Source: Bdellovibrionales bacterium
Lineage (GTDB): Bacteria > Bdellovibrionota > Bdellovibrionia > Bdellovibrionales > UBA1609
NCBI GenBank assembly: GCA_965242635.1
Contig: OZ251471.1
Span: 1,893,662 to 1,957,661 of the forward strand
DNA: 64,000 nt
Direction of reading: 5' to 3'
The position numbers and the translations under genes were made by a program. Of this stretch, positions 1 through 9,403 are shown piece by piece; the first letter of the stretch is position 1; each line of letters opens with the position of its first letter. The notes beneath the pieces are model-generated. The model worked only from the letters and a program-made list of their open reading frames with translations. It was not told the DNA's origin and searched no databases.

Positions 1-8
1 TCTCAGAC

Positions 9-1856
9 TTGAGAACCCCCTTAAAGGACGGGGACAGCCTTGATATGGTGTTCCTTCCCTCCGATTCGGCCTTGGAGGTGGTGCGTCATTCCTCCGCCCA
101 TGTCATGGCCCAGGCCGTGCAGGAACTTTGGCCGGAGGTTCAGGTCACCATCGGCCCTGTTATTGAAAATGGCTTTTACTATGATTTTGCCTCTCCAAAG
201 CCTTTTTTGCCGGAGGATTTGGAAAAAATAGAAGTCAGGATGAAAGAGATTATCCAACGTCGGTTGAAAGTGACAAGAGAGGTTTGGCCCAAAAAAAAGG
301 CTATAGCCTTTTTCAAAAAGATAAAAGAGCACTACAAGGTGGAGATTATAGAGGGCCTGGGTGAAGAGAAGGTGAGTGTCTACAGACAGGGGGAGTGGCT
401 GGATCTCTGCAAAGGCCCCCATGTGGAAAATCTCTCTCAGATTGGTGCTGTCCGGGTGTTGCGTCAGGCAGGGGCTTACTGGAGGGGGGATGAACAAAAA
501 CCACAGCTTCAACGTATCTATGGCACCGCCTTTCACACAGAAAAAGATCTGAAAAAACACCTTCATAACCTGAAAGAGGCTGAAAAAAGAGATCACCGGA
601 AATTGGGAAAGGAAATGAATTTGTTTTACTTTTCTGAACAGTCTCCGGGAATGCCTTTTTTCACCGGGGCCGGCACGGTTATTTATAATGAACTCCAGGA
701 TTTTTTGAGAAAAATGTATTTTCAGTATGGCTATGAGGAAGTGATAAGCCCTCAGGTTTTTCACACCGATCTGTTTGACAAATCAGGCCATACCGAACAC
801 TTTTTGGAAAACATGTATCCTGTGTGGCAAAAGTTCGTCCAAAAAGGGGAAAGTGGGTTTCGGTTTTCAGAGGGTAAGACATCTCAAGAAAGGGTCTCTC
901 TTTCTTTTCTCAAGCCCATGAACTGCCCGGGCCACTGTTTATTGTATTCTTTTCAAAAAAAATCCTATCGGGATCTCCCCTGTCGGGTGGCAGACTTTGG
1001 CCGGCTCCACCGCCGGGAAAAAAGGGGTGTCCTGCATGGGCTGAGCCGGGTCAGTGCGTTCTCTCAGGACGACGCCCATGTGTTTTGCACACCAGAGCAG
1101 ATGGAGGGGGAAATAAAAAATATTCTGGACATGTTTCATGATATTTATCATCACTTGGGCTTAAATGAGTATAAAATTTTTCTCTCCACCCGACCCAAAA
1201 ACTTTATGGGGGAGGGGGCTGTGTGGGATCAGGCGGAAAGGGCCCTGGCCACTGCCCTCAAGAGCCGGAACATGCCCTTTGAGGTCCAAAAAGGGGAGGG
1301 GGCTTTTTACGGTCCCAAGCTGGACATGATGTTTGTGGACGCCATGCAAAGGGCATGGCAGTTGGGCACCCTGCAATGCGATTTTAATATGCCCAAAGCT
1401 TTTGGCCTGAAATACACCGACCGGGACAACAGGGAAAAAACACCCGTGCTGTTGCACCGGGCCATTTTGGGCTCCATGGAGCGATTTATCGCTGTTTATT
1501 TGGAGCACCGGGCGGGGCATTTGCCCCTCTGGCTCACGCCTGTTCAGCTTCTCCTGCTCAATATTTCAAAAGATCAGGAGGATTATGTGAAAGAATCTGC
1601 CCTTAAGGCCAGATCTCTAAACCTTCGGGTGGAAAAGGACCTGAGGGCAGAAAAGCTGGGCTACAAGATTCGGGAGGCCCGGCTCCGCCGGATCCCGCTC
1701 ATGGCCGTGGCCGGGGACCGGGAAAAACAGGCCAAATCTTTGGCTTTTCGCTCAGGAGCGGGGAAAAACAGGGTTTTGCCTGTAAAAGAGGGCCTGGAAC
1801 AGATACAAAAAATGGTTCAGGCCCGTTCTTTGGATATATCTGCTTTTTTTGATTGA
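9..1856 (+). CDS. thrS: Threonine--tRNA ligase (5' end probably lies before the window)
   Basis: RHSSAHVMAQAV editing domain, DLCKGPH, KPMNCPGH, QDDAH, GAFYGPKLD and HRAILGSMERF motifs. Confidence 0.97.
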   Translation: MRTPLKDGDSLDMVFLPSDSALEVVRHSSAHVMAQAVQELWPEVQVTIGPVIENGFYYDFASPKPFLPEDLEKIEVRMKEIIQRRLKVTREVWPKKKAIAFFKKIKEHYKVEIIEGLGEEKVSVYRQGEWLDLCKGPHVENLSQIGAVRVLRQAGAYWRGDEQKPQLQRIYGTAFHTEKDLKKHLHNLKEAEKRDHRKLGKEMNLFYFSEQSPGMPFFTGAGTVIYNELQDFLRKMYFQYGYEEVISPQVFHTDLFDKSGHTEHFLENMYPVWQKFVQKGESGFRFSEGKTSQERVSLSFLKPMNCPGHCLLYSFQKKSYRDLPCRVADFGRLHRREKRGVLHGLSRVSAFSQDDAHVFCTPEQMEGEIKNILDMFHDIYHHLGLNEYKIFLSTRPKNFMGEGAVWDQAERALATALKSRNMPFEVQKGEGAFYGPKLDMMFVDAMQRAWQLGTLQCDFNMPKAFGLKYTDRDNREKTPVLLHRAILGSMERFIAVYLEHRAGHLPLWLTPVQLLLLNISKDQEDYVKESALKARSLNLRVEKDLRAEKLGYKIREARLRRIPLMAVAGDREKQAKSLAFRSGAGKNRVLPVKEGLEQIQKMVQARSLDISAFFD

Positions 1857-1947
1857 CAGGCTGAAACCCTGAAGTTAATATAAAAGCATGGATTTTAAAC
1901 AAGCATATCTGGATCGGTCTTAAAAACCAAAAAACAGGAGGTGTCTT

Positions 1948-2700
1948 ATTCGTAAGTTCAGAAAGAAATTCAAAGGATCATTTAAAAAAGAAGACAAATT
2001 GAGAGTAAACGAAAGAATCATCGCCGGGGAAGTGCGTCTGGTGGATGAGCATGGGGAGATGAAAGGGGTGTTGACGGGGCATGAGGCCTTGGCTATGGCA
2101 GAGGAAAAAGGCCTGGATTTGGTGGAAATAGCCCCCAAGGCCAAACCTCCCACATGCAAGATCATGGATTATGGAAAGTGGAAGTTCAAACTCAGCAAAA
2201 AAGAAAAGATCTCCAGGAAAAATCAGGTTAAAATCATTGTCAAGGAAGTGCAGTTGCGTCCCCGCACTGATGTCCACGATCTGGAAATCAAAATGAAAAA
2301 AGCCAGGGAATTTCTTCTGCATGGCTGTAAAGTCAAAATACATCTTCGCTATTCCGGCCGGGAGATGGCCCACAAGGAGTTGGGTCTCAAAATGCTGGAC
2401 CGGGTGAAAGAGGCTCTTATCCCTTATTCCGTTTTGGAGCAGGACAACCCTCAAATGGAAAAAAGATCGGCTTTTTTGTTCTTTGCACCGGAGCCGGTCA
2501 AGCTGAAAGAGTGGCAGAAAAAGAAAAAAGCGGGTCAGCTGAAAGGGGCCAGAACAGACAAAAACCCCTCCACAGAGAGGGCACAGAAAAAGCAGGAATC
2601 CCTGCCTTTGTCACAAAACAAGCCCTTGGCCTCTGCTCTTTCCTCAGCCACAACCTCTCTGGAATCAGAAGAACCTCAACCACAAAGGCGAAACGCTTGA
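1948..2700 (+). CDS. infC: Translation initiation factor IF-3 with ATT start and a ~55-aa C-terminal extension
   Basis: RVNERI, GLDLVEI, CKIMDYGK and GREMAH motifs. In-frame ATT at 1948 follows the SD AGGAGG at 1936-1941. Confidence 0.95.
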   Translation: MRKFRKKFKGSFKKEDKLRVNERIIAGEVRLVDEHGEMKGVLTGHEALAMAEEKGLDLVEIAPKAKPPTCKIMDYGKWKFKLSKKEKISRKNQVKIIVKEVQLRPRTDVHDLEIKMKKAREFLLHGCKVKIHLRYSGREMAHKELGLKMLDRVKEALIPYSVLEQDNPQMEKRSAFLFFAPEPVKLKEWQKKKKAGQLKGARTDKNPSTERAQKKQESLPLSQNKPLASALSSATTSLESEEPQPQRRNA

Positions 2701-2737
2701 GAATCAGGCACTTGCCTTTCATTAAAGGAGAATCCCG

Positions 2738-3040
2738 CTGAAAAAGTCTCTCATTTTTCTTTTACTGCTTTTTCTGGTTGCTTTTGTTTTTTTCCTGCCC
2801 CGTTGGCTGGTATCCACCTTGGGGGAGTCCCACTTTTTGTCCAGTTACCTTTATATTTACTGTCAGGGCCTTCCTTTTTTTGTGTTGGGGGTTTATGCAC
2901 TGATAAAATCAAAAGCTTTGAATCTGAAAAGAGCGGGAGAAAAAAAATGGCTTTTGTGTTTTGTTATGATTTTGGTATGGAATATGCTGGCCCACGGCCT
3001 TTGGATATGGACAGCCGTTCATTTCCCCTCCCTCGCCTGA
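2738..3040 (+). CDS. Small 3-TM membrane protein with probable CTG start, upstream of a sodium:solute symporter
   Basis: In-frame stop at 2723, AAGGAG SD, then CTG at 2738 reading MKKSLIFLLLLFLVAFVFFLP; three hydrophobic segments. Confidence 0.7.
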   Translation: MKKSLIFLLLLFLVAFVFFLPRWLVSTLGESHFLSSYLYIYCQGLPFFVLGVYALIKSKALNLKRAGEKKWLLCFVMILVWNMLAHGLWIWTAVHFPSLA

Positions 3041-3165
3041 AAGGAGCAGAACAGGCTCTGTCTTTGTTGGGAGTGGCCGTCTCCAAAGGCCAGACCCCGT
3101 GCCAGTTTGGTTTAAAATAATTCGGCTTGCCTTTTTGGGCCGTTCAGTTTAGCTTGCCTCTCATT

Positions 3166-5250
3166 ATGGAACTGGTTTTATCTTCAAAAACCCTTTTTGT
3201 GGTCTGCACTGTGATCGCGGGCTATTTTCTCTTCATTGCCACTATGGGGATTTATTTTTCCCGTTTCAGCTCCAATATTAACGACTTTTTCTTCAGCGGA
3301 CAGCGCTTCTCCTGGTGGTTGCCGGCGTTCAGCATGGTGGCCACGGGCATTGGCTCCTACAGCTACCTGAAATATTCAGAACAGGGCTTTAATACTGGTA
3401 TGAGCAGTACCATGGTTTATATGAATGAGTGGCTGGTTTTGCCTATTTTTGTGTTCGCATGGCTTCCTGTGCTCTATTATAATCGCATCAAATCCGTTCC
3501 CGAATATTTTGAAAAGCGGTTTAACCGCCCGGCCCGCTATGTGGCGGTCCTGTTGATTTTGGCCTATATTTTTTACTATATCGGTTACAATCTTTACACC
3601 ATAGGCCTCGCTCTTCATGGCCTCTTTAATATCTCTCCTCTTTACACGGTGCCGGTGGTGACTCTGTTTTTGGGCTTTTATGTCAGTTGTGGGGGGCAGA
3701 CGGCGGTCATTTTGACAGATCTCTTTCAGGGAATGATGCTTTATCTGGCGGGTTTTTTGGTGGTGGGTTTTGGGCTTTATGCCCTTGGGGGAATAGACGA
3801 GTTTTGGTCCTATCTGCCTTTAAGCCACAGGCTTCCTTTCTCCTCCCTCAATGCGGACCCCTATTTTAATGCTGTGGGGGTTTTTTGGGGGGACGCTTTG
3901 GTGGGGAGTGCGGCTTTTCTGTTCATGAACCAGGGGGTGCTGATGCGCTTTCTGGCCACCCGAAGTGTCCGGCAGGCCCGCATGACCGCCCTGTTTAATG
4001 TTCTGATCTGTCTTCCTCTTTCTGCTATTACGGTAGGCTCAGCGGGTTGGATCGCCAAAGCCATTATAAGCAAGCAGGAAAAAACGGGTTCGGCCCTGCC
4101 GGGCCATGAGGCCCTGAATGTGACAGACACTTATTATGTGTTTATCAATGTGGCTTTTGAGGTGATGAAACAACATGAATGGCTGTTGGGCCTTGTGATA
4201 GCCGCTTTGCTGGCGGCCCTTATGTCCACAGTGGACACCCTCATCAACGCCTCCTCCGCTATAGGGGTTTATGATATTTACAAGCCTCTTATTCGCCCCA
4301 AAGAGAGTGAAAAACATTACCTGAAGGTGGCACGTCTCACCTCTGTTCTGGTCATTGGGATAAGCCTTTTGTTGGTGGTCTGGTTTTTTCGCCAAAAGGG
4401 CACTTTAATGGCTATTCATTACAAGGGCATTATGACCATTATCCCCCCTGTGGTGACCACTCTGTTTTTGGCTCTTTTTTGGAAAAAATTTGATGCTTTT
4501 TCTGCCATACTGGCCATGTCTGTGGGGGGGCTTTTGACTGTCATGACAGGGATATTCCCTGAGCCGGTGCTTTACCTGAGAAAGTTTTTTCTGGGGGCCA
4601 CTGAAACAGAACCTATTTATTTCCGTGCGGTTTTTGGTGTTTTGTTGACCAGCTTTATTGCCATTCTCTCATGCCTTACCCGCCCCCACAAAGACGAAAA
4701 AAGGGGCCTTAAATTTATCCGTCAGGCCTTCTTTTGGGCCTTGGGGACAGCCGGCTTTTTTCTCATGGCCTGGCTTTGGCTTGGGCCTTTGAAAGACCTT
4801 AACTGGGGCATAAAAGCGGGGCTTTTGGTTTTATTGGGGCTTTTGGTTTGGTTGTTTCGCAAGCTTTACTTTTCCTCTCAAAAGTCTGCTCCGCCAAGGG
4901 AGGGCCTGACGGCCAACACCTTGGATCAGGCGGTGGCTTTTTTTAAAGGTGGAAAGCCCAACTGGGAGCCAGGCCTCAAGCTCAAGGGGCTTGAGCTTTT
5001 TATCCATTCCAGCCTGAAACGGGGGGAGGTGGCTCTCTCTCAGGAGGCGGGCCGGACCCTGAAGGCGGGCCTGGGGGACAGGATTTATGTGTCAGATGGA
5101 CGTTGGTGGCTGGGGGGGCTTCGCTCCGGGCATTTTGTATTGAAAGAGTGGCATAATCAGGATAATAACATGGTTTTTTTGTCAGAAGAAAGCAGACAGC
5201 GGGCCTATATGATTTTGGAGCGAAAAGTGTTTGTGGAAAAAATTCTTTAA
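3166..5250 (+). CDS. Sodium:solute symporter (SSS) family protein with a soluble C-terminal domain
   Basis: DFFFSGQR, PEYFEKRF, GGQTAVILTD and AALLAALMSTVD motifs; many TM helices. Confidence 0.92.
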   Translation: MELVLSSKTLFVVCTVIAGYFLFIATMGIYFSRFSSNINDFFFSGQRFSWWLPAFSMVATGIGSYSYLKYSEQGFNTGMSSTMVYMNEWLVLPIFVFAWLPVLYYNRIKSVPEYFEKRFNRPARYVAVLLILAYIFYYIGYNLYTIGLALHGLFNISPLYTVPVVTLFLGFYVSCGGQTAVILTDLFQGMMLYLAGFLVVGFGLYALGGIDEFWSYLPLSHRLPFSSLNADPYFNAVGVFWGDALVGSAAFLFMNQGVLMRFLATRSVRQARMTALFNVLICLPLSAITVGSAGWIAKAIISKQEKTGSALPGHEALNVTDTYYVFINVAFEVMKQHEWLLGLVIAALLAALMSTVDTLINASSAIGVYDIYKPLIRPKESEKHYLKVARLTSVLVIGISLLLVVWFFRQKGTLMAIHYKGIMTIIPPVVTTLFLALFWKKFDAFSAILAMSVGGLLTVMTGIFPEPVLYLRKFFLGATETEPIYFRAVFGVLLTSFIAILSCLTRPHKDEKRGLKFIRQAFFWALGTAGFFLMAWLWLGPLKDLNWGIKAGLLVLLGLLVWLFRKLYFSSQKSAPPREGLTANTLDQAVAFFKGGKPNWEPGLKLKGLELFIHSSLKRGEVALSQEAGRTLKAGLGDRIYVSDGRWWLGGLRSGHFVLKEWHNQDNNMVFLSEESRQRAYMILERKVFVEKIL

Positions 5251-5385
5251 ACCAAAATGGCACTTGGTATAATTCATCATTATTCAGGGAAAAAGAAAAT
5301 GCTGTGGGCGTCTTTCTCATATTTTTTTTTGGCTGTTGTGAAAATCAAAAAGTTGGGTCTTCCGGGCAGACATAAAAATTTATGT

Positions 5386-7848
5386 ATGATCGGTATGGCT
5401 TTATTTTTTTTGTTTGTTCCGGTTTTTGCCTCAGCCTTGACTGTGGATCGTGTGTTAATCAGGGGAAACAAAATTGTGGAGGAGGAGGCCATTCGTTCCA
5501 AAATCTCCCTGAAGGCCGGGCAAAAATTTCGTCTGCGATCCATCCGGCGGGATGTTCGTCATATTTTCGACACAGGCTGGTTTTATGAAGTGGAGGTGAG
5601 AAAAAGGCAGAAAAAAAACAAAGTCACTCTTGTCTATCAGGTGCGGGAAAAGCCCGTGGTGGGAAAGATTGTATACAAGGGCAACAAAAGCCTGAACAAA
5701 AAGGACATGGAGGAGATATTTCCTGTTTCTGTTCATGCTTTTTTGGACCATAAAAAGCTTAAAGCCGGTATAAAAAGCATTCGAAAAGAATATGAAAAAA
5801 AAGGTTATTATCTGGCAGAGATCTCCTACAAAATCGAGCCAACAGATCATGCACAGAAAGTGCACCTGATTATTCAAATCAGGGAAAATAAAAAAATAAA
5901 AGTAAAAAGAATTCACTTTATAGGGAATCATTCCATCAGTGCAAAGGAAATCAAGTCCTTTATGGGTACAAAGGAGGCTGGCCTGCTGAGTTTTATCTCC
6001 TCTGCCGGTTCTTACAATTCAGAACGCTTTCAGCAGGACTTGAACAACATTCGTTTTATTTACATGGACCGGGGTTATTGGAAAGTGTTTGTGGGGAAAC
6101 CAGAGGTTTTTGTGTCACCGGACAAAACAGACCTGAGCATTAATATTCCCATTCAGGAGGGGGATCAGTATAAAGCCGGGTCCCTTGATTTCACCGGCGA
6201 CCTGATATTTGACAGGGAACACTTGAGAAAGAACCTGGAAACAGAGGAGGGGGAGGTGTTTTCTTACGGCGAACTGCAAAGGGACATCAAAAGGCTTGAA
6301 ACCAAATACGGGGACAAGGGCTATGCCTTTGTGAATATTATACCCAAGTTTTTTAATTTGCCGGGGGATGACAGCAAGACCATTCATGTCATGTTTGAAA
6401 TACAAAAAGGAAAAAAAACCAGGTTACGGGAGATTCATATCAAAGGCAACCATTACACGAGGGACAAAGTGATAAGAAGGGAATTGAGAATTTTTGAAGG
6501 TCAGCTTTACAGTGAAACCGGCAAAAATCAATCCGTGGGCAATATTCAAAGGCTGGGTTTTTTTGATGAAGTGAAGATTATCCGCAAAACCATAAAAAAG
6601 AGGGACGATTTAATGGACATGGAAGTTTTGATAAAAGAAAGAGAGAACACCGGCACTTTGGAGTTGGGGGCAGGTTACGATCCTTATTATAAGTTTGTTT
6701 TGACAGGAAAAGTGCATAAACTGAATCTTTTTGGCAAGGGATACAAGGCTGGATTGGATTTCAGTATCAACAAGAACCGGCAATATGTGAATTTAAATTT
6801 TTCCGATCCTTATTTTTTGGATTCCCGTTGGTATTTTGGGTGGGATTTTTATCTGGATCAGTGGAAGGAAAATGAGTCCACTCAAATCCTCAAAGCCTGT
6901 GATGACTATGACGAAAGAAAGGCGGAGCATGACAAAAAATTCAGTGCAGGAGGTGGAACAGAGGAGGAAAGACAAAAAAGTGAAGGGAGTTTAAAGATCC
7001 TGAAGGAGGCCTGCTGGAAATCCTTTCCCACTCTGGGTTACAGGGGGTTTGGGGAACAAAAAATAAGTGGAGGCCTGACCTTTGGTTATTCTCTGACAGA
7101 TGATTTTAGAATTTTGTTTTATCATCGTCTGGAGCATGTGAGTTTGGAAAATGCTGTGGACGAAGACCTCTATCCGGAGGAATCGGCCAGTGGGTTTCGA
7201 AACCCTTTGGAGGCCATTTTGGAATACGATAAAAGAAATGACAGGGTGTTCCCCACTCAGGGCATGTATTCCCGCACCTCTCTGGCTTACGATGGTTTGT
7301 TTGGGAAGTTTGATTATTGGACACTTTTCGCCAATGCCCGCTTTTATCAAACCTTGTTTTGGAAATTGGTGTTTCGTGTGAATTTGCAATACAGTCAACA
7401 TCTCTATTACAATGACATCGAAGAGGTGCCTTTTGATCGTTTGTTTTTGTTGGGGGGGCTTAATTCTCTCAGGGGCTTCAGGTATTTTGCTGTAGGCCCC
7501 AGAAAAAGATCCAACTTTCTTTATCAGAAGGCTTTGAAGTATGGGCATCCCAATCCTTCGGCCATCTCTTCCCGTGTTTTTGGGGGAACAAAAGAGCTTT
7601 ACACCAATATGGAGCTTCAATTTCCGATCCTTCCCAAGGCCCGGCTCCTTGGGGTGGTGTTTGTGGACATAGGTTCTGCTTACAACGACTGGTCTGCCAT
7701 CGATTTGAGGGCCAACTGGGGTTTGGGCTTGAGAATCTTCAGCCCCTTGGGGCCAGTGAGGGTGGAGATGGGCTTTCCCTTCGATCCTCGCCCGGAGCAT
7801 GGAGAAAACACATCGGAGTTTCAATTCACAATGGGCCTCCCCTTTTAA
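5386..7848 (+). CDS. bamA: Outer membrane protein assembly factor BamA (start uncertain, 5257-5395)
   Basis: POTRA repeats, TRDKVIRREL, FLLGGLNSLRGF, SPLGPVR and a C-terminal Phe. Confidence 0.96.
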   Translation: MIGMALFFLFVPVFASALTVDRVLIRGNKIVEEEAIRSKISLKAGQKFRLRSIRRDVRHIFDTGWFYEVEVRKRQKKNKVTLVYQVREKPVVGKIVYKGNKSLNKKDMEEIFPVSVHAFLDHKKLKAGIKSIRKEYEKKGYYLAEISYKIEPTDHAQKVHLIIQIRENKKIKVKRIHFIGNHSISAKEIKSFMGTKEAGLLSFISSAGSYNSERFQQDLNNIRFIYMDRGYWKVFVGKPEVFVSPDKTDLSINIPIQEGDQYKAGSLDFTGDLIFDREHLRKNLETEEGEVFSYGELQRDIKRLETKYGDKGYAFVNIIPKFFNLPGDDSKTIHVMFEIQKGKKTRLREIHIKGNHYTRDKVIRRELRIFEGQLYSETGKNQSVGNIQRLGFFDEVKIIRKTIKKRDDLMDMEVLIKERENTGTLELGAGYDPYYKFVLTGKVHKLNLFGKGYKAGLDFSINKNRQYVNLNFSDPYFLDSRWYFGWDFYLDQWKENESTQILKACDDYDERKAEHDKKFSAGGGTEEERQKSEGSLKILKEACWKSFPTLGYRGFGEQKISGGLTFGYSLTDDFRILFYHRLEHVSLENAVDEDLYPEESASGFRNPLEAILEYDKRNDRVFPTQGMYSRTSLAYDGLFGKFDYWTLFANARFYQTLFWKLVFRVNLQYSQHLYYNDIEEVPFDRLFLLGGLNSLRGFRYFAVGPRKRSNFLYQKALKYGHPNPSAISSRVFGGTKELYTNMELQFPILPKARLLGVVFVDIGSAYNDWSAIDLRANWGLGLRIFSPLGPVRVEMGFPFDPRPEHGENTSEFQFTMGLPF

Positions 7849-7854
7849 CAAAAA

Positions 7855-7953
7855 TATATTTTGGATAAAAATCTTCAAAAACTTGACAGGCCATAAAAAA
7901 TCTGTGGTATAATGCCATTATAACCAAAACCCAGGAGGCAGGAAATGGCAGAC
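7855..7953 (+). promoter_or_regulatory. Promoter/RBS block, copy 1 (TTGACA-19 bp-TATAAT, GGAGG, ATGGCAGAC)
   Basis: Consensus hexamers at 7883 and 7908; near-identical copy at 8561-8668. Confidence 0.8.
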
Positions 7954-8283
7954 GCAGTCACACAAAAAGATTTAAGGGATCTGATTTCCACTTTGGATAA
8001 GAGAATAGAGAACCAAGTCAATTCAGGTTTGCTTAAGCACTTAAGCCTAAAATTGCAGTTATTATCAATCGTGGTGGCCGGGATTATAGCATCGATCGCA
8101 GTCCATGCGGTGGTCCTTACTTATGTAAATGACAAGGTTATTGCGTCCAGTATAAAAGAGGCGACCGCTCATATAACAGAGGACATAAAAGCTTTGAACA
8201 CGAAGCTTGACAAGTTATTAAGTCGGGAAGGCAAACCAAAGACCGCCGGCCATAGTGTAAAAAAAAGCCCTGATAAGGCTTAA
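7945..8283 (+). CDS. Small coiled-coil/single-TM hypothetical protein
   Basis: Own promoter and SD; coil-TM-coil layout; the tail GKPKTAG resembles GKAKTAG of ORF 38900-39289. Confidence 0.8.
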   Translation: MADAVTQKDLRDLISTLDKRIENQVNSGLLKHLSLKLQLLSIVVAGIIASIAVHAVVLTYVNDKVIASSIKEATAHITEDIKALNTKLDKLLSREGKPKTAGHSVKKSPDKA

Positions 8284-8560
8284 AAAAGTGGAGGCTTGAG
8301 GCCGGGCAATGGGCCACCCGCCCGGCCCATGAAAGGTGGCTTAAGCAGAATCCGGATAAGGCCCAAAAGCTCAAAGAGAGACTTCCTTTCACTCAGCCGA
8401 AATAAAGCAGTTGTAATCGATGGCAAGCTCGTTTGCCCTTAACCCGCCTTTCTCTCAAGGTTTTCCAGTGGCCTGCCGATAGAGGATATATGAAAAAGAG
8501 TTTGAAAAACTGGCACTTGAAAACTAAATGAGAAATTTTTTATAACAGTTTTGACTACAC

Positions 8561-8668
8561 AATATATTTTTGATAAAAATCTTCAAAAACTTGACAGGCC
8601 ATAAAAAAACCTGTGATATAATGCCATTATAACCAAAACAAAAACCCAGGAGGCAGGAAATGGCAGAC
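8561..8668 (+). promoter_or_regulatory. Promoter/RBS block, copy 2 (TTGACA-20 bp-TATAAT)
   Basis: Direct repeat of 7855-7953. Confidence 0.8.
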
Positions 8669-8812
8669 TCAAATGCAATCACACAGGCCGATTTTGACGG
8701 CTTTAAAATAGAGATTAAAAAAGAATTGTCTGATATAGCAGACAAGCTTGAAAGCAAGATTGATAAGCAAATGACCTCCTTTATGGGTTATTGTTTTGGT
8801 CAGGTTTTTTGA
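8660..8812 (+). pseudogene. 50-aa, probably truncated relative of the 7945 ORF (MADSNAITQADF...)
   Basis: Same leader and similar N-terminus; runs into the 3' end of the convergent 8781-9320 ORF before any TM segment. Confidence 0.55.
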
Positions 8813-9320
8813 GCTTATTAAACAAGTGCCAAGTTGCATGCTTATGGTTTTTAAATCCGTCACAAACGACGGTCCCGTCTTTTCTGTCCACAATCTGATA
8901 GCTCTTATCTTTTTCCAATTCCACGATCCGATAATAATAATCTGGAGTCACAAGCCAGGCAGGAATCGGCTCTGCCCTGTGGGGATTTTCCTTATTATAA
9001 TGCTCAAGCTTCTGTAGCAAAATCTTTTTAAAAAACTTTTTCTTTGGATCGTTTTGCACAATCAGGTTCATAAAGTTTTGATTTTTGGGTCTGTCCCAAA
9101 ATGGCGGTTTGACAGGCTTAAGAGCGACTGCTTTTATTTTCCCGTCCACAATCCTATAGGTTTTTTTTTGTGGAGCTTGTGGAGTGGCTGGCCGGGGCTT
9201 GGCTTCCGGTTGACGGGCCTTGTGATCCAGACCGGCAATCAATGCCCGCTCAGTGCGGGACTGCCTTTGATAGTTTGTCCTCATATTGCTTTTAATATCA
9301 ATTCCGCCGGGGCATGACAA
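8781..9320 (-). CDS. Basic hypothetical protein
   Basis: 179-aa ORF with protein-like composition; no recognised family. Confidence 0.55.
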   Translation of the reverse strand: MSCPGGIDIKSNMRTNYQRQSRTERALIAGLDHKARQPEAKPRPATPQAPQKKTYRIVDGKIKAVALKPVKPPFWDRPKNQNFMNLIVQNDPKKKFFKKILLQKLEHYNKENPHRAEPIPAWLVTPDYYYRIVELEKDKSYQIVDRKDGTVVCDGFKNHKHATWHLFNKLKKPDQNNNP

Positions 9321-9403
9321 TCAAAAACTTTGATCTGATGGGCCTTTTCTATGCACTGCGTTATGGAGGTGGTGCTCAAAAAACCGTATGGCTCATCCAA
9401 GGG

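Noticed and set aside
8283-8530. Possible ncRNA or gene fragment
   Set aside because: Only short broken frames and weak hairpins; no recognisable family
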